Assembly: GCF_964195595.1 (NCBI RefSeq)
Contig: NW_027441456.1
Span: forward strand, 680,127-744,126
DNA length: 64,000 nt
Source of the DNA: Calonectris borealis
Taxonomy: Eukaryota
Reading direction: 5' to 3'
Shown: piece by piece, positions 20,973 to 34,424 of the stretch
Layout: every line of letters starts with the position of its first letter
Numbering within the stretch: the first letter of the stretch is position 1
Notes under the pieces: generated by a model
What the model saw: the letters and a program-made list of their open reading frames with translations, nothing else
Told to the model about the DNA's origin: nothing
Databases searched by the model: none
Translations under genes and position numbers: made by a program

Positions 20973-21714
20973 ATGGCACCCTCACTACCTTCCTCTATGA
21001 TGTCGTCTCCTTTTGTTAAAATAACTTGTCAGTACCTTGAACATCCCTGGGTAGTTAAGGTACATCTATTGGTACTCCTTGGGAATATTGTTGTGGTTTT
21101 ATCCAAGGTTAGTAAGCAATTTAAGAATGTCATCCAGAGATCTGCCCCAAGGCTGAATAGTTATGAGTGGCAGGGCGAGTGGGATAGCATGGGCAAATGC
21201 CTGGGACGGTGGGCACCCCCAGTGTTCTGGAACTTCACCCCTGAGCAAGTGCAGAATCCTGAAGAATTAGTAGATTATTTGGAAGAAGTATGCTGTCACC
21301 CTGGCCATCCTAGGGAGACACAAATCACTACAATGTGCTGGGGCCTGGCCCATGCCTACCGAGCCCTGTTTAACACCACTCAGAACCCCCAAGGGGAAGA
21401 AAAGGTCGCTGCAGCTGATGACAAAGCAACAGGCCCTGCGTCTCTACCGCACCCCCCAGGGCAAGCACAGCGGCTCCCCACCCCCCACAGCAGGCACGGC
21501 AGCTACTCCGCCCCCTGCGACAGAGAACCAACCCATGCCGGTATCAGTCGCCCCTATACAAAAAAGAAAATGCACAAGAAAATCAGCTCGTCTAGTAAGG
21601 GATGAAGATGAACCAGGGCCATCACGAGAACAGGAGGAGGAGGAGGAGGCGGAACCTGTAAATGAGATGGTGACCACCCGATCCCTATCCCTGAGTGAGC
21701 TGCAAGATATGTGA
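20973..21714 (+). pseudogene. gag: ERV-A gag N-terminal region copy 2 (frameshifted; continuous in copy 3)
   Basis: ORFs at 20973-21605 and 21352-21714 match the copy-3 ORF at 42622-43422. An extra T near 21015 breaks the frame. Confidence 0.6.
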
Positions 21715-21909
21715 AAAGACTTCAGTTGTCGTCCAGGCGAGCACATTGTCACCTGGCTGCTCCGATGCTGGGATAACGGGGCCAGTAGCCTGGAATTAGA
21801 GGGTAGGGGAGCCAAGCAGCTGGGATCCCTTTCTAGGGAAGGGGGCATTGACAAAGCAATTGGACAAGGGGCACAAGTCCTCAGCCTCTGGAGGCGAATC
21901 CTCTCAGGT

Positions 21910-22649
21910 GTGAAGGAAAGGTATTCCTTCAAGGAAGATGTTATATGCCACCCAGGCAAGTGGACCACTATGGAGAGAGGTATCCAGTACCTGAGGGAAT
22001 TAGCTGTGCTGGAGGTGATTTATGATGACCTGAACAACGAGCAGTTATCCAAAGACCCAGATGAAGTCAAATGCACCCGACCCATGTGGCGGAAGTTTGT
22101 ACGGAGCGCACCAGCGTCACACGCAAACTCATTGGCAGTAATGACCTGGAGAGATGGAGAGGAACAAACAGTGGATGAACTGGCTGGCCAACTCCGGCAA
22201 TATGAAGAAAGTCTCTCTTCCTCCCTACGGGCTGTGTCTCTGCTGTGGAGAAACTGTCTCAGGAGGTCCAGCAACTCAAAGAGGATATGTCCTGCTCCCC
22301 ACCTGCACGGGCCAGCATCTCAGCCATTAGGAGCAAGCGTCCCTCTGCTCAAGAGAGGACACATCGTGGGTACACACCCCGGGGCACCCTGTGCTTTTAC
22401 CTGCGTGACCACGGAGAGGACATGAGGCAGTGGGATGGAAAATCTGCCTCAGCCTTACAGGCACGCGTACATGAGTTGCAAGGAAAAACAACCACAAAAG
22501 GGGGTTCTTCCAGGAAAACTGCTGCCCCAGTCTCCAACGAGCAGTTCCCCAGACAGGGTAGAAGGACTGATTCCACTTCCGACCTTAACAAAGGGACTTC
22601 TGATTCACACTTACAAGAAGTGGATAGTGAATATGATGACCAGGACTAG
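21910..22649 (+). pseudogene. gag: ERV-A gag (capsid-like) copy 2, frameshift at ~22230
   Basis: ORFs at 21910-22425 and 22245-22649 together match the copy-1 gag at 52-792. Confidence 0.8.
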
Positions 22650-22670
22650 AGGGGCCCTGCCTCCAGCCAG

Positions 22671-23030
22671 GTGGAGGAAAGGGACAACCGGGTTTACTGG
22701 ACTGTGTGGATTCAATGCCCTGGCACATCAGACCCACAGGAGTATAAGGCTCTCGTAGACACCGGTGCACAGTGTACCCTGATGCTATCAAGCTATAAAG
22801 GGGCAGAACCCATTTGTATTTCTGGAGTGACAGGGGGATCCCAAGAGTTAACTGTGTTGGAGGCCGAAGGGAGCCTAACCGGGAAGGAGTGGCAGAAGCA
22901 CCCCATTGTGACTGGCCCAGAGGCTCCGTGCATCCTTGTCATAGACTATCTCAGCAGAGGGTATTTCAAGGATCCAAAAGTGTACCAGTGGGCTTTTGGT
23001 ATAGCTGCCCTGGAGACGGAGGAAATTTAA
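22671..23030 (+). CDS. pro: ERV-A protease copy 2 (same frame as gag after TAG; 9-bp insertion creates TAA before pol)
   Basis: 'ALVDTGAQCTLMLSSYKG..'; the insertion 'tttaaacaa' at ~23027 is absent from copies 1 and 3. Confidence 0.8.
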   Translation: MEERDNRVYWTVWIQCPGTSDPQEYKALVDTGAQCTLMLSSYKGAEPICISGVTGGSQELTVLEAEGSLTGKEWQKHPIVTGPEAPCILVIDYLSRGYFKDPKVYQWAFGIAALETEEI

Positions 23031-23081
23031 ACAATTAAACAGCTGTCCACCTTGCCCGGTCTCTCGTAGGATCCTTCTGTT

Positions 23082-25259
23082 GTGGGGTTGTTGAAGGCCA
23101 AAGAACAACAGGTACCAATCGCTACCACAACAGTGCACCGGCGGCAATATCGCATCAACCGAGACTCTCTGATCCCCATCCATGAGCTGATTCGTCGACT
23201 GGAGAGCCAAGGAGTGATCAGCAAGACTCGCTCACCCTTTAACAGTCCCATCTGGCCAGTGCGAAAGTCCAATGGAGAGTGGAGACTAACAGTAGACTAC
23301 CGTGGCCTGAACGAAGTCACGCCGCCACTGAGTGCTGCCGTGCCGGACATGCTGGAACTTCAATACGAACTGGAATCAAAGGCAGCCAAGTGGTACGCCA
23401 CAATTGACATTGCTAATGCCGTCTTCTCCATCCCTTTGGCGGCAGAGTGCAGGCCACACTTTGCTTTCACTTGGAGGGGCATCCAGTACACCTGGAACCG
23501 ACTGCCCCAGGGGTGGAAACACAGCCCTACCATTTGCCATGGACTGATCCACACCGCACTGGAACAGGGTGAGGCTCCCAAACACCTGCAATACATCGAT
23601 GACATCATCGTGTGGGGCAGCACAGCAGAAGAAGTTTTTGAGAAAGGGGAGAGAATAGTCCAAATCCTTCTGAAGGCCGGCTTTGCCATAAAACGAAGTA
23701 AGGTCAAGGGACCTGCACAGGAGATCCAGTTCTTAGGAATAAAATGGCAAGATGGACGTCATCAGATCCCAATGGATGTGATCAATAAAATAACAGCCAT
23801 GTCCCCACCAACTAGCAGAAAGGAAACACAAGCTTTCTTAGGCGTGGTGGGGTTTTGGAGAATGCATATCCCAAATTACAGTCAGATCGTAAGCCCTCTC
23901 TATCACGTGACCAGGAAGAAGAACGACTTCAGATGGGGCCCTGAGCAACGACAAGCCTTTGAACAAATTAAACGGGAGATAGTTCAGGCAGTAGCCCTTG
24001 GGCCAGTCTGGGCAGGACAAGATGTAAAGAATGTGCTCTACACCGCAGCCGGGGAGAATGGTCCTACTTGGAGCCTCTGGCAGAAAGCACCAGGGGAGAC
24101 TCGAGGTCGACCCTTAGGGTTTTGGAGTCGGGGATACAGAGGATCCGAGGCCCGCTATACTCCAACTGGGAAGGAGATATTGGCAGCATATGAAGGGGTT
24201 CAAGCTGCTTCGGAAGTGGTTGGTACTGAAGCACAGCTCCTCCTGGCACCCCGACTGCCGGTGCTGGGCTGGATGTTCAAAGGGAGGGTCCCCTCCACAC
24301 ATCATGCAACCGATGCTAGGTGGAGTAAGTGGGTCGCACTGATCACACAACGGGCCCGAATAGGAAACCCCAGTCGCCCAGGAATCTTGGAGGTGATCAC
24401 GAACTGGCCAGAAGGCAAAGATTTCGGAATATCCCCAGAGGAGGAGGTGATGCGTGCTGAAGAGGCCCCACCGTATAACAAACTACCAGAAAACGAGAAG
24501 CAATATGCCCTGTTCACGGATGGGTCCTGTCGCCTTGTGGGAAAGCATCAGAGATGGAAGGCTGCGGTATGGAGTCCTATACGCCAAGTTGCAGAAACTG
24601 CTGAAGGAGAAGGTGAATCGAGCCAGTTTGCAGAGGTGAAAGCCATCCAGCTGGCCTTGGGCATTGCCGAACGAGGAAAATGGCCAGTACTTTATCTCTA
24701 TACTGCCTCATGGATGGTGGCAAATGCCCTGTGGGGGTGGTTGCAGCAGTGGAAGCAGAACAACTGGCAGCGCAGAGGTAAACCCATCCGGGCTGCCGCA
24801 TTGTGGCAAGATATTGCTGCCCGAGTAGAGAACCTGACTGTAAAAGTACATCACGTAGATGCTCACGTACCCAAGAGTCGGGCCACTGAGGAACATCAAA
24901 ACAACCAGCAGGTGGACCAGGCTGCTATGATCGAAGTAGCTCAGATAGATCTGGACTGGCAACATAAGGGTGAATTATTTATAGCTCGGTGGACCCACGA
25001 CACTTCAGGCCATCAAGGAAGAGACGCAACATATAGATGGGCTCGTGATCGAGGGGTGGACTTGACCATGGACACTATTGCACAGGTTATCCATGAATGT
25101 GAAACATGCGCTGCAATCAAGCAAGCCAAGCGAGTAAAGCCTCTTTGGTATGGAGGACGATGGTTGAAAGATAAATATGGGAGGCTTGGCACATTGATTA
25201 TATCACACTCCCACAAACCCGACAAGGCAAGTGCTATGCTCTCACCGTGGTGGAAGTAA
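23082..25259 (+). CDS. pol: ERV-A pol copy 2: uninterrupted 725-aa ORF covering RT, RNase H and integrase N-terminus/core (most intact pol in window)
   Basis: 'YIDDIIVWG', RNase H and the integrase HHCC finger are all in one frame. A frameshift near 25250 separates the remaining integrase C-terminus (25247-25546). Confidence 0.9.
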   Translation: MGLLKAKEQQVPIATTTVHRRQYRINRDSLIPIHELIRRLESQGVISKTRSPFNSPIWPVRKSNGEWRLTVDYRGLNEVTPPLSAAVPDMLELQYELESKAAKWYATIDIANAVFSIPLAAECRPHFAFTWRGIQYTWNRLPQGWKHSPTICHGLIHTALEQGEAPKHLQYIDDIIVWGSTAEEVFEKGERIVQILLKAGFAIKRSKVKGPAQEIQFLGIKWQDGRHQIPMDVINKITAMSPPTSRKETQAFLGVVGFWRMHIPNYSQIVSPLYHVTRKKNDFRWGPEQRQAFEQIKREIVQAVALGPVWAGQDVKNVLYTAAGENGPTWSLWQKAPGETRGRPLGFWSRGYRGSEARYTPTGKEILAAYEGVQAASEVVGTEAQLLLAPRLPVLGWMFKGRVPSTHHATDARWSKWVALITQRARIGNPSRPGILEVITNWPEGKDFGISPEEEVMRAEEAPPYNKLPENEKQYALFTDGSCRLVGKHQRWKAAVWSPIRQVAETAEGEGESSQFAEVKAIQLALGIAERGKWPVLYLYTASWMVANALWGWLQQWKQNNWQRRGKPIRAAALWQDIAARVENLTVKVHHVDAHVPKSRATEEHQNNQQVDQAAMIEVAQIDLDWQHKGELFIARWTHDTSGHQGRDATYRWARDRGVDLTMDTIAQVIHECETCAAIKQAKRVKPLWYGGRWLKDKYGRLGTLIISHSHKPDKASAMLSPWWK

Positions 25260-26271
25260 CCACAGGATGGCTGGAATCATATCCCGTGCCCCATGCCATC
25301 GCCTGGAACACCGTCCTGAGCCTTGAAAAGCAAGTCCTATGGCGACATGGCACCCCAGAAAGAATTGAGTCAGACAACGGGACTCATTTCCAAAACACCC
25401 TCATAGACACCTGGGCCAAAGAGCACGGCATTGAGTGGGTCTATCACATCCCCTACCATGCACCAGCCTCTGGGAAAATCGAACGATACAACGGGCTGCT
25501 AAAGACAACACTGAGGGCAATGGGCGGTGGGACATTCAAGCATTAGGACACTCATTTAGCAAAGGCCACCTGGTTAGTCAACACCAGGGGATCTTTCAAT
25601 CGAGCTGGCCCTGCCCAATCCAAACTCTTACGCACTGTAGAGGGGGATAAAGTCCCTGTCGTGCACATAAGAAACATGCTGGGGAAGACAGTCTGGGTTA
25701 CTCCTGCCTCTGGCAAGGGAAAACCCATCCGTGGGATTGCTTTTGCTCAAGGACCTGGGTGCGCTTGGTGGGTGATGCGAAAGGATGGGCAAGTCCGGTG
25801 TGTACCTCAAGGGGATTTAATTCTGGGTGAAAATAGCCCATGAACTGGATTGTATGATGTTAGTTACTATATAATACTGTATGTCATCACTTCTATGGTT
25901 ACTCTATGCCATATTAACAGTATTACAGTAAGAATCAGCCAGGTTAATGTAGGATGAACTCTGATGAAACCGAGCAAAGTGCAACGATGATAGAACCGGA
26001 CGAGCGCCCAGAACTGGCCTCAGCATGCAAGAGCCCAACACCACACACCATCTCTCCTGCCCTGAAAGACTGTTATGGCAGATGGAACCCGAACTCATGG
26101 ACTAAATGAACTCAACGGACATTTTAGAGGGATGGCCCGTGGACTAAGGGAATGATATCTCTGTGTGTGTATATATCAAAAGGCAGGAAAAGTGGTGATG
26201 ACTAATTGGAATGTATTGGAAAATGTGAGACCTGGGCATGATGTAGATGGTACAGAATAAGGGGTGGATAT

Positions 26272-26610
26272 TGTCCTGGTTCCAGCTGGGACAGAGTTAG
26301 CTTTCTTCCCAGTAGCTTGGGGGTGTGCTGTGTTTTGGGTTCGGTGTGAAAGGAGCGTTGATGGCCCATTGATGCTTTGGCTGTTGCTGGGTGGTGCTTG
26401 CACTGGGGGGAGCACAGCCAGGGTGGTGGACCCAGCTGGCCAAGGGGGTATTCTATACCATGTGACATCATGCTCAGTATAAAAACCAGGTGTGGGGGGG
26501 GGCTCGCCCCCCGTTCGTGACACGCGGTCGGCGAGCAGTTGCATTGTGCATCGCCTGCTTTGTATATTCTGTTACTGTTGTTGTTCTCATTGCTATTATT
26601 ACTGTTCTAC
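26272..26610 (+). mobile_element. ERV-A 3' LTR copy 2 (truncated at the same point as copy 1)
   Basis: It matches 4402-4740 and differs from the 5' LTR at 20135 at ~17 of 340 positions. Confidence 0.85.
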
Positions 26611-27825
26611 GCCACGCAGACTCCCCCCGATTGGGACTCTCGTGAAGCACCAAGCTTGCTGAATGGGTTCCTTGTGCCACAGGCCCTGGGCTTATCAGAG
26701 ATGCTGTGGGGACAAACATCCCTCCTCTTGCCAGGGGAGCTCTGTCCCCACAATTAGAGCCGCGTGGCTGCCTAGGGACAAGCACCCGCTTCATCGTGTC
26801 CCTCTGGACAGCCACATCCTGCTCAGAGACAATGCTGGCCTGGGTCGAGGACGAGGGCATTGAAGGGACACTCCATGGGGACAGGGGCCTTTGGTGAGCT
26901 GTGGCCAAGTCCCGGGCAGGGGCAGGGCAGGAGCCAGAGCCTTGTTGGGGATGGGGTCACTGGGACCCACTGTCTGGGGGCAACTCTGCAGAGTGGGAGC
27001 CGTGTTGTCTGGGAGGGCACAGTGGCCCCAGGCAGCGGCAGGGTGGGGGCCAGGGCAGGGGATATTCTGCTCTGTTCTCTGCTCTGGGGAGGCCGTGGCT
27101 GGGACTGGACCAGTTTGGGGCCTGCAGTGCAAGGGAAATGGGGTGGGCTGGAGCTGGGCACTGTGACCACCACAGCACTTCCTCCAAGCCGAGCCCTTGT
27201 GTCCCGGTGCCCAACATTCACCAGTGCTCCCCATTGCCTCCACTGACTGAAGATCCCAGTCACCCAGCTGTCCCCATTGCCCATTCCCCAAGTTGTCCTC
27301 CTACGTCCCAGTGTTCCCTAATCCCAGGGTCCCAAGGGTCAGTCCCAGCCCCCCATTTACCCAAGGGGCTGGAGAAGGGCCAGAGACAATTCTACTTAGA
27401 AACCCTTGGTTTGAGGCTGGCGTCATCTCTGGGGGAGTCCCAGAGGGAAAGGCTGGCCTGGGAGGTGAGAGGCACTGCGAGATGGCAGTGCTGGGAGGTG
27501 AGGGGCACTGGGAGCCGGGGGGATCTAGCTTTGGGGGGCTGTTGGAGGATGGTTTCGTGTTGGAGCAGTGGGTCATCACCGTAGGGTTTCCGGCTGTCAG
27601 AGGCGCACTGCCCGTCCCCCTCACCACCCGCAGATGCCTGGGCCCTTCCATGTGCAGCTGCCCCTTGCAGGAAGCTGGACTGATGCCGGGGAAGGTGGCT
27701 GGATCAGTGCCGGAGGCTGAGGCGACTCTGTGCCAGCGCTAGGCTTGCTGCCAGGGCTGGTGTCTCTGCCAAGCCTGGCTTTGCCCTGGGGGCTCTCGGG
27801 ATGGGCAAGGAGGAGTCCTGGGAGG

Positions 27826-27832
27826 GATAAAT
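27826..27832 (+). promoter_or_regulatory. TATA-like box of candidate gene copy 2
   Basis: Same 'gggataaatcgg' context as copy 1. Confidence 0.4.
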
Positions 27833-27885
27833 CGGCCCCTCACCTTCTCCAGCTTCACCCAGCACTCACCACACTACAGAGAAAG

Positions 27886-29630
27886 ATGAAGGTCGCAGCG
27901 CTCAGCGTGGCCCTGCTCTTCACCATCCTGCTCTGCACCCCGGAAGATGCTCAGGTGAGTCCCCACTGCCATGGGGAGGGGCTCAAGGCTGGGGATGGGT
28001 CTTGGCTGCAGGATGTCAGCTCTCTTGCAGAATGAAATTGCAGTGGTGAGCCTGAAACCCCTTGACATGGCCTCTCCCTTTCCCAAGCAAGGAGCTCCTC
28101 CAGGCTCCCCTGCACCTCCAGCCCTGGGCAATGCAGCTTTCTCCCTCCCACAATTCCATGTTCCCCTCTTCCCCCGCAATTAAACTTCTGGTGCCCAGAG
28201 ACAGCGTTCCTCAGAGAGTGGTCAGACCTGTCCCTTCCCTAGGAGGGTCCACTGTAAAATCCTGTGAGGGCTCTTCTCTTGGTGCCCCCACATCTCTCCC
28301 TTTTGGCCATCCCCATCCCATCCTTTTGTCCCCCTCAGACATGCCCTCCCCACGATCTCCTCCGTGTCCTATCTAGGGTCCCCAAATGCCCTCCCACTGA
28401 TCGTTCCCAATGCCTTTCTTTCAGTCTTCCCCCTCAGTCCTTTGCCTTTCATCCTGTCCACTGTGGTAGTGTCCCCGGATCCCCTTCCTTGAACCCCCAC
28501 TCCCAAACATTCTCCCAGTCCCCTTCATTTTGTCCTCTGCAGTCCTCTTCCTTCTGCCCCCACCAACCACCTCGCTTGAACTCCCCCTATCTCCTCCACT
28601 TGAATTTCTTTACCCCTCACTTGCGTCCCACGCAGTCCTGTCCATTCAACGCCCCCAGCCCAGTCCCTTGGGGTCCGCTAATTCACCCCAGTGCCCTGTC
28701 TTTGGGTGCCTCCCACCCCCATTAGCTTTGGAGACCCCGAATTCCCCACGCTATCCGTGTCTCCATCCCCACCCCTGGTCCCTGCATGAACAGGTATCCC
28801 CAGTGAAACTTGGAGGAATGGGGCTGGGGGGAGCAGAAGGTTTTTTCCCCCTCAGACCAAGGGGAAGCCATGGGCCTGGGGGGACATGGGACACCTATGC
28901 CCTACCCACAGCCCCACCAAGGTCCAATCCAGACCACACCTTTGCTCTCCTTCCCTAGGCATTCTTCGAAGCAAGTGGAAGTTATAGCCGGCAAGTAAGT
29001 AGTGGGGTGGACTTGGAGGGCATCCAGTCTGGGGAATGGGAGGGCAATTTGGTCCTCCCATCCCTTGCTGGGACTGGGGACATCCCAGTGACCAGTGAGG
29101 TCTCACGGTCTCTCTACAGCTGAGCTACAGTTTTGGGCGAGTGAAGAGGGCTGAGGTAGGTACGATGAGTTCTGCTGGCCCCAGACCCTCCCGTTGCATG
29201 GCCACGACACTCCAGAGCATCCCAGCATAGGCCCCAATAGACCCCACTGCAACCCCAGAGAACACCCCTGCACCGCAGTGTTTTCCCAGGGAGGTCCCTT
29301 TCCCCAGGGCCCCCATTGCCTTCCCATCCATCCCATTACAACCCACTGCACCCCAGGATGCCCCAGTACACAGCCACCCACCCAGGTGGGCCCCTTCCCC
29401 AGGACGCCCCCTGCTTTCTGTGCACCATCATGGAAACTCATGTACCCCATTTCTCCCTGGAGGCACCTTCCCCAAGGACCCCATTGCTTTCCCCTGCCTC
29501 CCACTCCACCCCAGTGTACCCAAGCATGTCCCCCCACCACTAACCCTCCCTTTCTCCCCAGCCCCTTCTGGCTGACCGGGCGGCGGAGCTTGTGCGCCGT
29601 AGACGCGTGGCTGCAGCTGTTGATGTCTAG
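27886..29630 (+). CDS. Candidate small secreted peptide precursor gene, copy 2: exons 27886-27954, 28959-28994, 29120-29155, 29562-29630
   Basis: The signal-peptide exon is identical to copy 1. The predicted C-terminus is '..VAAAVDV' instead of '..VAAAVHG'. All introns are GT-AG and phase 0. Confidence 0.4.
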
Positions 29631-30238
29631 GTGAGCAGCATCAGGGCGTCTCCAGCCCCGCAAAGGACCCTGGGCGCCAGGGGATTCCTACACCCTCTCG
29701 GGTGGGCAGAACTTGAGTATGGGAGAGGGAAACAGAGGGGACTGTCCATGATCCATGTCTCAGGGTGAGCTGGACAGAGCTGCCCCCATGCCTTTCCTGG
29801 CACCCAGTGGGGCTCTACAGACCCAGAGGGTCACCGTGCAGGCCAGGCAAGGGCTCTGGTGCCATACAGACCCCCAGGATCACCTTGAGGGGTGGGCAGG
29901 GCTCTGGGAGCTTTAGGGGCATCCTGGGCTAATGACACACTGGGCGAGGGGCTCTGGGTGCCATATGGATCTCAGGAGAGCCAAGTCCTATCCTGGGTAT
30001 ATTGAGGGCTCCAATTCCTGTCTCCTTCCCCAGATCCCTGCAGAGAGAGACGGTGGGGGCAAGGCCCCTCTCACGTCCCAGCAGACACTGGGGGGTTCAT
30101 TTTGGGCTCTGTCTTTCAGGACTGGAACTGGTGGTGACACCCCTGTCCCATCCCCCTCCAGCGGCATGAGGAGATGATCATACCTGGATGACCCCACCTG
30201 GTCCCCTGGGAGGCCTCGGCCATTTCCTTCTAATGATC

Positions 30239-30244
30239 AATAAA
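30239..30244 (+). terminator. Polyadenylation signal AATAAA, candidate gene copy 2
   Basis: 'taatgatcaataaaccc'. Confidence 0.45.
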
Positions 30245-32831
30245 CCCCTTCAGCAAAGCTACGCTCTGTGTGTCCGTCGGTGTCCTTGTCCATGTCCCCA
30301 CCCATGTCCCCTCTCCTCTGCCAGCGCCCAGATGCCTGGGTTGTTTCTGGCTGCACCACTGCCATGAGCAGAGTGGCTGAGGGACCCCGGATGCCAGGGG
30401 TGTCTCTGTAAAGGAGATCCCCTTCCCACCCACCGTGTGCCCCCAGATAAGGGCACATTAGGGCAAACTGGGGTGTCCCCCCATGAGGCTGGGAGAGGTA
30501 AGGGGCAGATGGTGCCAACCTCCCAGTGTTTTGGAGGCACAATGGGAAACAGGTTCTTACCGGGGCTCTAGTGAGCACCATCCCCCAAACAGCACAATTT
30601 GGTGTCAGGACAGGAGAGGAGCGTGGACAGGCAGCCTGGACGCCTGGCTGTTCTGTCCCACTCTGGGAGGGGTGGTGGTTCCCTGCCCCATGGGTTCACC
30701 ACTCCCGGGTTCACCACTCGCAGGTTCACAGGAGATTTCTGAGCTCCACGTGCCCATGTGCCTTCCTGGACCTCCAGCCCACACCCTTCTCTGGGGTACC
30801 CCCCATCACAGGCCAGGAAGGCAGGTCATGGGCACCAGATGCTGCACAGACCTCTCCCTGTCCCCCGCCATGTCTGGCTCAGCTTTGCGGGACTTTGTGT
30901 TCATTATCTCTTGGCTGTGGTTTTGTCTCTCCAGGCATGCACTGAATTACCACCGACTTTTATGTTAGGAATTTTTCCCTCGCCCCACTGCATGTGATGG
31001 GCTTATTGGGTCTTTTCCAACCTAAATGATTCTGTGATTCTATGATTCTATGATTTCATGTCTTCAGCAGGGTCGACTGCAGGGGCATATTTCCCAGGGG
31101 GCTGGGGGTTACCTGAGAGTCTCCAGGGCAGCAGAGTGCAAGCGGGACTCTAGACTCTTTCCAAGCAAGAGGGCTCAAGTGTGGTTAGTGTCTCCCATGT
31201 GGAAGCTGGCCCATCCCTTTGATCCCTACCCACATCCCCTTGTCCCTAATGCTCTTAGTTCTGTGGCTGCAGGTCTATATTCTCATTTGTCGTTGGTGTT
31301 ATCACTAACACCATTATTTTTTGGCCATGAAACAACCCAGATGAGAGTCCTTGAACACCCCAACTCAATGCAGACCCTGGGCTTGTGGCTGCACGGCTGC
31401 TTTGCTCAAGATGGGCAGTGTTATTACTCATTCAGTAGTCTTTGCTCTGCTACTTCTACTCACCAGAGACCTTTGCTTGAGTGTTACAGAGAGGTAGCTT
31501 CTTCTCTGAACAGCAGATAGCTTCTTGGCATCATCTCCTGTGTCTTTGTCTCTGTGGCAGAGTCCAGAGATGAGGATGAGGGCATTGGTCACACCAAAGA
31601 GAAACTGCGGATCCTCACAGCCCTCCTGGCAATGTTGTCATGTTTCCAAAAGGAGTACCACTGCTCCTCCAGGCCTTTATCGACTGAACTAGCTGCTTCT
31701 CGGCTCAGGCAGTTCTTCAAGACTAGCTCTGTCCAAGAGGTGCTTCACGTTGCACTCCATGCTTGCTCTTCCTGTTATGGGTAAGGGTGCCTTCACGTGG
31801 AGTAACAGGGAACAACAATTGTGTTTAACTTTTGCAAACTCTAGTTGACATACAGAGGAAGAGGCAACAATTTCTATACAATTTTGGCTCTTCTTTTTTT
31901 TTAATGAAACCACAAAATAAAAAAAAAAAAAAGAGAGAAAGACTGATTCTAATATTTCTTAGGAGTTGATTCTTACACAAAAAGCACCTCTTAGAACATA
32001 GATTCAAGTCATGTGCTTGTGACCTTTATATGTCTTCTATGGGACTCAAGGGACTCAGGTGTCTCCTAAATGACTTCTTCTTGAGCGCAGTGTACACAGG
32101 AGGGGGCACTTGTTGGCTAAAGAGAAGCCTGTGTTCTGGTGGGGCTCTGCAGAGCCCTGACTTGCATCCAGTGCTTCTAGAGAGTCTCATTAATGACTGA
32201 AGGGATGGAGGGGGCTCTTTACAGAATGAGTCTGGGCAGGTTTGAAAGCAGTTTGGATGAGAAGCTCAGAATTTGAAATTGTGTTGTAAAATTGGAGGAA
32301 AGAGACTAGTCTGTTCTCCGTGTACACTACGAGTAAGAGGGGCGAGATGGCAGCAAAGAGGACTTGTGTTTGACTACAGTTTCTCCCAGGAAGGATGCGG
32401 AAACCTTGGAACAGAGTCATGGGATTGCTCGCGCCCCTCCTGGCACTGAAGCTCTCCCATATGCCTCTCCACTGCCTGAGAAAGTCCTTCAGGACGAGGA
32501 ATAGTCTGCTTTGGGGAGTAGCAGTAGCAAGACAGGGCTTCCTTCATTTCCCTCCTGTCCTTTACAGGTATCTGACCCAAGGGTTACAATGCCACGTGTG
32601 GTATAGCATGTGGCACTTCTTATGACTCTCTTTACCCATTATGGTAAACCTGATGGAACAAGGTGTCAGGACAGCTCAACATCAAAAATTGCAGCTTATA
32701 CATCTATATTACACTTCCCTGCTACAGCCTTTGCCCTCGTCTGTATTGCAAAGGCCTCTTTAATTTTATGAATTGGTTTGTGCAGAAGGGAGTATGAATT
32801 TAGGAAAAAAACCCAAACAGTAAGTAATAAA

Positions 32832-34424
32832 GCCATGGAATCACAGAACCATGGAATCACAGAATGGTTTGCATTGGAAGAGACCTTTAAAGATCATCTA
32901 GTTGCAACCCCGCCCACAGCAGGGACATCTTCCACTAGCTCAGGTTGCTCAACGCCCCGTCCAACCTGACCTTGAACACTTCCAGGAATGGGGCATCCAC
33001 AACTTCTCTGGGCAACCTGTTCCAGTGTCTCACCACCCTGATCATAAAAAATCTCTTCCTGATGTCAAATCTAAATCTTCCCTCTTATAGTTTACAGCCA
33101 TTACTCCTTGTCCTATCACTACAAGCCCTGGTAAAAAGTCTCTCTCCATCTTTCTTATAAGCCCCCTTTAGGTATTTGTCATGGTGTAACCCCGATGGGC
33201 AGCTAAGCACCATACAGCCATTCACTCACTCGCCCCACAATGGAACGGGGGAGAGAATCAGACGGGTAAAAGTGAGAAAACTAATGGGTTGAGATATAGA
33301 CATTTTAATATGCAAAGTAAAAGCTGCACACTTCATTCACTACTTCCCATTGGCAGGCAGGTGTTTAACCATCCCCATGCATAATAACTACTTGGGAAGA
33401 CACATGCCGTATCTCTGAATGTGCTACCCTTTCTTCTTATCCCAGCTTTTATTTCTGAGCATGACATCGTATGGTATGGAATACCCCTTTGGTCATTTGG
33501 GGTCAGCTGTCCCAGCTGTGTCCCCTCCCAAATTCTTGTGCATCCCCAGCCTACTCGCTGGCGGGGCAGTATGAGGAGCAGAAAAGGCCTTGATGGTGTG
33601 CAAGCACTGTTCAGCAAGAAATAAAAAATCCCTCTGTTACCAACACTGTTTTCATTGCAAATCCAAAACACAAATCCCCACACTAGCGACTATGAAGAAA
33701 TTTAACTCTGTCCCACTCAAATCCAGTACAGTATTGAAAGGCCATGATAAGGTGTCCCCAGAGCCTTCTCTTCTCCGGGCTGAACAACCCCAATTCTCTC
33801 AACCTTTCTTCATAGGAGAGGTATTCCAGCTCTCAGATCGTTTCCGTGGCCCTCCTCTGGACCCACTCCAACAGGTCCATGTCTTTCCTGTGCAGGGGGC
33901 TCCAGAGCTGGACACAGTGCTCCAGGGGGGGTCTCACAAGAGCGGAGTAGAGGGAGAGAATCACCTCCCTCGACCTGCTGGCCATGCTTCTTTTGATGCA
34001 GCCCAGGAAACGGTTGGCCTTCTGGGCTGCGAGCACACATTGCCGGCTCACGTCCAAGTTCTCATCCACCAGTATCCTCAAGTCCTTCTCGGCAGGGCTG
34101 CTCTCAATCCCTTCATCCCACACACTGTACTGATAGTGAGGATTGCCCCAACCCAGGGGCACTTGGCCTTCTTGAACTTCATGAGGTTTGCATGGACCAC
34201 CCCCCCAAGCCTGTTGAGGTCCCTCTGGAGGGCATCCCTTCCCTCCAGCCAATCAACTGCACCACTCAGCTTGGTGTCGTCTGCAATCTTGCTGAGGGTG
34301 CACTCAATCCCCCTGTTTATGTCGTTGATGAAGATATAAAATAGTATTGGTCCCAGCACAGACCCATGATGGACATCATTCGTAACTGACTTCCACTTGG
34401 ACATTGAGCCATTGACTGTAACAC
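32832..34424 (-). mobile_element. Copy 2 of the CR1(-) element split by nested solo LTR-B (LTR-B at 33181-33757)
   Basis: ORFs 32945-33160, 33833-34252 and 34078-34608 duplicate those of the copy-1 unit at +21,894 bp. Confidence 0.8.

Larger units (their letters stand above)
20135..26610 (+). mobile_element. ERV-A provirus copy 2, full length (6,476 bp): 5' LTR-PBS-gag-pro-pol-3' LTR, env-less
   Basis: LTRs at 20135-20634 and 26272-26610, a PBS, and gag/pro/pol ORFs colinear with copy 1. Confidence 0.9.
8922..30823. repeat. Tandem segmental-duplication unit, full copy (21,902 bp; phase defined by the right array edge)
   Basis: The junction motif 'ggccaggaaggca' lies at 8909-8921, 30811-30823 and 52672-52684. 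Content is colinear with the next unit. Confidence 0.85.
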